Below, one piece after another: positions 61,837 through 64,000 of a stretch of DNA of 64,000 nt; positions within the stretch are counted from its first letter, which is position 1, and each line of letters begins with the position of its first letter. The stretch lies in the NCBI GenBank assembly GCA_038087875.1, contig CM075988.1:10976001-11040000 (forward strand), in the 5' to 3' direction. Under the pieces are notes generated by a model, which saw nothing but the letters and a program-made list of their open reading frames with translations, searched no databases and was not told the DNA's origin. The DNA is from Malacoraja senta (taxonomy: Eukaryota). The position numbers and the translations under genes were made by a program.

Positions 61837-64000
61837 TAAGGTTTCCAACTGTTTGGCTTGGATAAGTCTGGGTGAATAGCATGTTTCCTGCTGTATGTAT
61901 GGATTCTATGCCTGTGGTGGCTGGAGGTCAGTTATCCCAGCTCGAGAAAAGCACTTGGAGTTCTTCGGGGCAATGTCCTCTTCCTAATTATCTTAATTTG
62001 TGGCCTGCCAAAAACCTACAGGTAAAATATAAAATCATTGAATGCAGCAAAAGTCTTGTATCTCCCTCAAACTAATTTTACCTTTTTGAAATATTTGACT
62101 TAAACTTGATTAATATTTAATCAAACATAACAGTGGAGTAAAATGATTACTTTCTGTTTGATTGCAAGGACGATTGATGGTAACGGTGAACAGAATTCAT
62201 CAGGAAAGATTTAATATCAAAGTACATCTTTTTTTCCTTGGGTAACTTTACCTTTCTTGGTACAAATTGTCACTGCAGTTTGGATTGGTGCAGTGAAGGA
62301 ACATCATGTACCATAATTACGTTGATTAAGGCAGATCTGTCATGCTTAAGTACGGTGATAGTTTTACTGTTTTAAGACCACAGAAAATTGCACATACAGC
62401 CAATGACCGATGGTCTGTTGGGAGTTGTCAGTATCTCAGCAGAAACCGATTTGATGAACTTGCGGTGACTTTGCAGTATTAACAAAGCTGAGCTGACTCT
62501 TTGAAGTGAGAAAAGGGACCAACTGAGCTCTGCATTCCGTATCCCACTAGGTCATGCATGCAACTGATAGCAACACAGAACGCTGCCCTTTACGAACTTT
62601 ATACATATTTCCTTTGGGCAGCTTATAACCCTGTGGGCTTGATTTCTCTGATTTCAAGTAACCACTGTATTCCCCCTCCGCCCCTCTCTGCCCCTCCCCC
62701 CACCCTAGTAGTCCTACTAGTTCTCATCCATATAACCCTTCGTTATCACCTCTTCCACAGCCAGCTATGGACCATTGTGGGCTCTACCTTTCCTTGGTCA
62801 TCGGTGCCGCCTCTGAACATGCAAACTCTGCGCAGACAGTACTGGTGATCAGGATCGAACCCAGGTCTCTGGTGCTGAGAGGCAGCAGCTCGACTAACTG
62901 CTCCATTGGTCCTCAAGGTTGGTTGGCCATTGGCAGATGTGCCGAGATAGTTTTGTTTTATGCACTATCCATTCAAGCTATACCGTACAATCGAGGAATA
63001 CACGTTCAACAGGCAGAGCAAAGTGAAAAATAACCAGTGTAGAATGTAGTGCTGCACCATTACTGTGTTACAGAGAAAGGGAAGTTAAGAAAAACCTGCA
63101 AGGGCTGCAATAAGGTTGGTTCATGGGCAACCTTGTATGCATTCATGGTCACCATCTCCTTGTGTACCACATACTTGCTGGTCATTTCAATCTATCATCT
63201 TCACCATGTTGTTCCTAATCCTTGGTTCTCCCACAATCTTCCCACAGCAGCTTCACGCCAAAGCTCTCAGCCAATACAATGTCTGTAGATGCTTTGGTTT
63301 TGTGACTTACCAATTCAAGGAGGTGAAGAACTGCTCCCAGTCAGGTGTTTGTGCTGAAAATGGTCACCTCTCGAGTAAAGTACAGTGGTTGTACTTTCAA
63401 CATGCTGAGGTCATGATGATGGACATAATTCATATAGGTACCCTGTTACTTTATAGAGAGCAGAAATTAATTACTATAGTCTTATTTGCACTTCACTTGC
63501 TCGAAGAAGCCTTGAGAATGCAATCAATAAAGGGCGGAACAAAATTACAGTCTCCTTATTGAACTGCTTGTTGTCGATGGCATTTAGCAATTTCCGTTCC
63601 TCATTTGGATCCATAACTGTTGCCCAAAACAAGTCGGGGAGCCAATTAACACAATTCTCAATCGAATGCAACATTTAATGTTTGCATAAGCTGTGTCTTG
63701 TCGCAAGAAATATATACAGTTCATCTCTGCATCATTTAGGAATGGCTTTTAGATGAAAGCAAAACCGCCTTCGTGCTCCTTACATCTATTTCATTTAATT
63801 CAATTTTAAGAATGCTATTGTGCTTCAACTTTGAAGCAATCAGGTGCCTGGTTATCGGCAGCTCCCAGCACATTTATTTTGGCAGCGTTGCATCTTTTTT
63901 CACACTGCTCCTGTTTAACTTGGAATTGATGCTGCTTTTTTCAGTTTGCATACTCATTCCTTGGCACGGTGTGATTCATAGGGAATCCTTCATAGTTTTG

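Overview
Non-coding, transposon-rich vertebrate DNA, most likely from a cartilaginous fish (skate/ray/shark). This is inferred from HE1/V-SINE copies, their partner CR1/HER1-type LINE tails and Deu-domain SINE remnants. I could not identify any host protein-coding exon. The only long ORFs are retroelement-derived: a 5'-truncated Penelope-like element (RT + GIY-YIG, 13441-14936, minus) and a 5'-truncated CR1 ORF2 (43509-45207, minus). The window also holds many CR1, Rex1/Babar, L2-like and Penelope fragments, about 12 V-SINEs, four PIF/Harbinger-like MITEs sharing a GGGCCTGTCCCAC terminal core, and one hAT-like MITE. The most interesting signal is a dispersed family of short (about 85-250 bp) non-coding insertions, mostly hairpin-shaped, built from the Penelope 3' terminal repeat. 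They carry a minimal type-I hammerhead ribozyme motif (CUGAAGA-A-stem II-GAAA-CGUH) and are flanked by 10-17 bp direct repeats, which points to retrotransposition rather than cut-and-paste. Family names come from my recognition of motifs, not database searches, and the boundaries of old copies are approximate.
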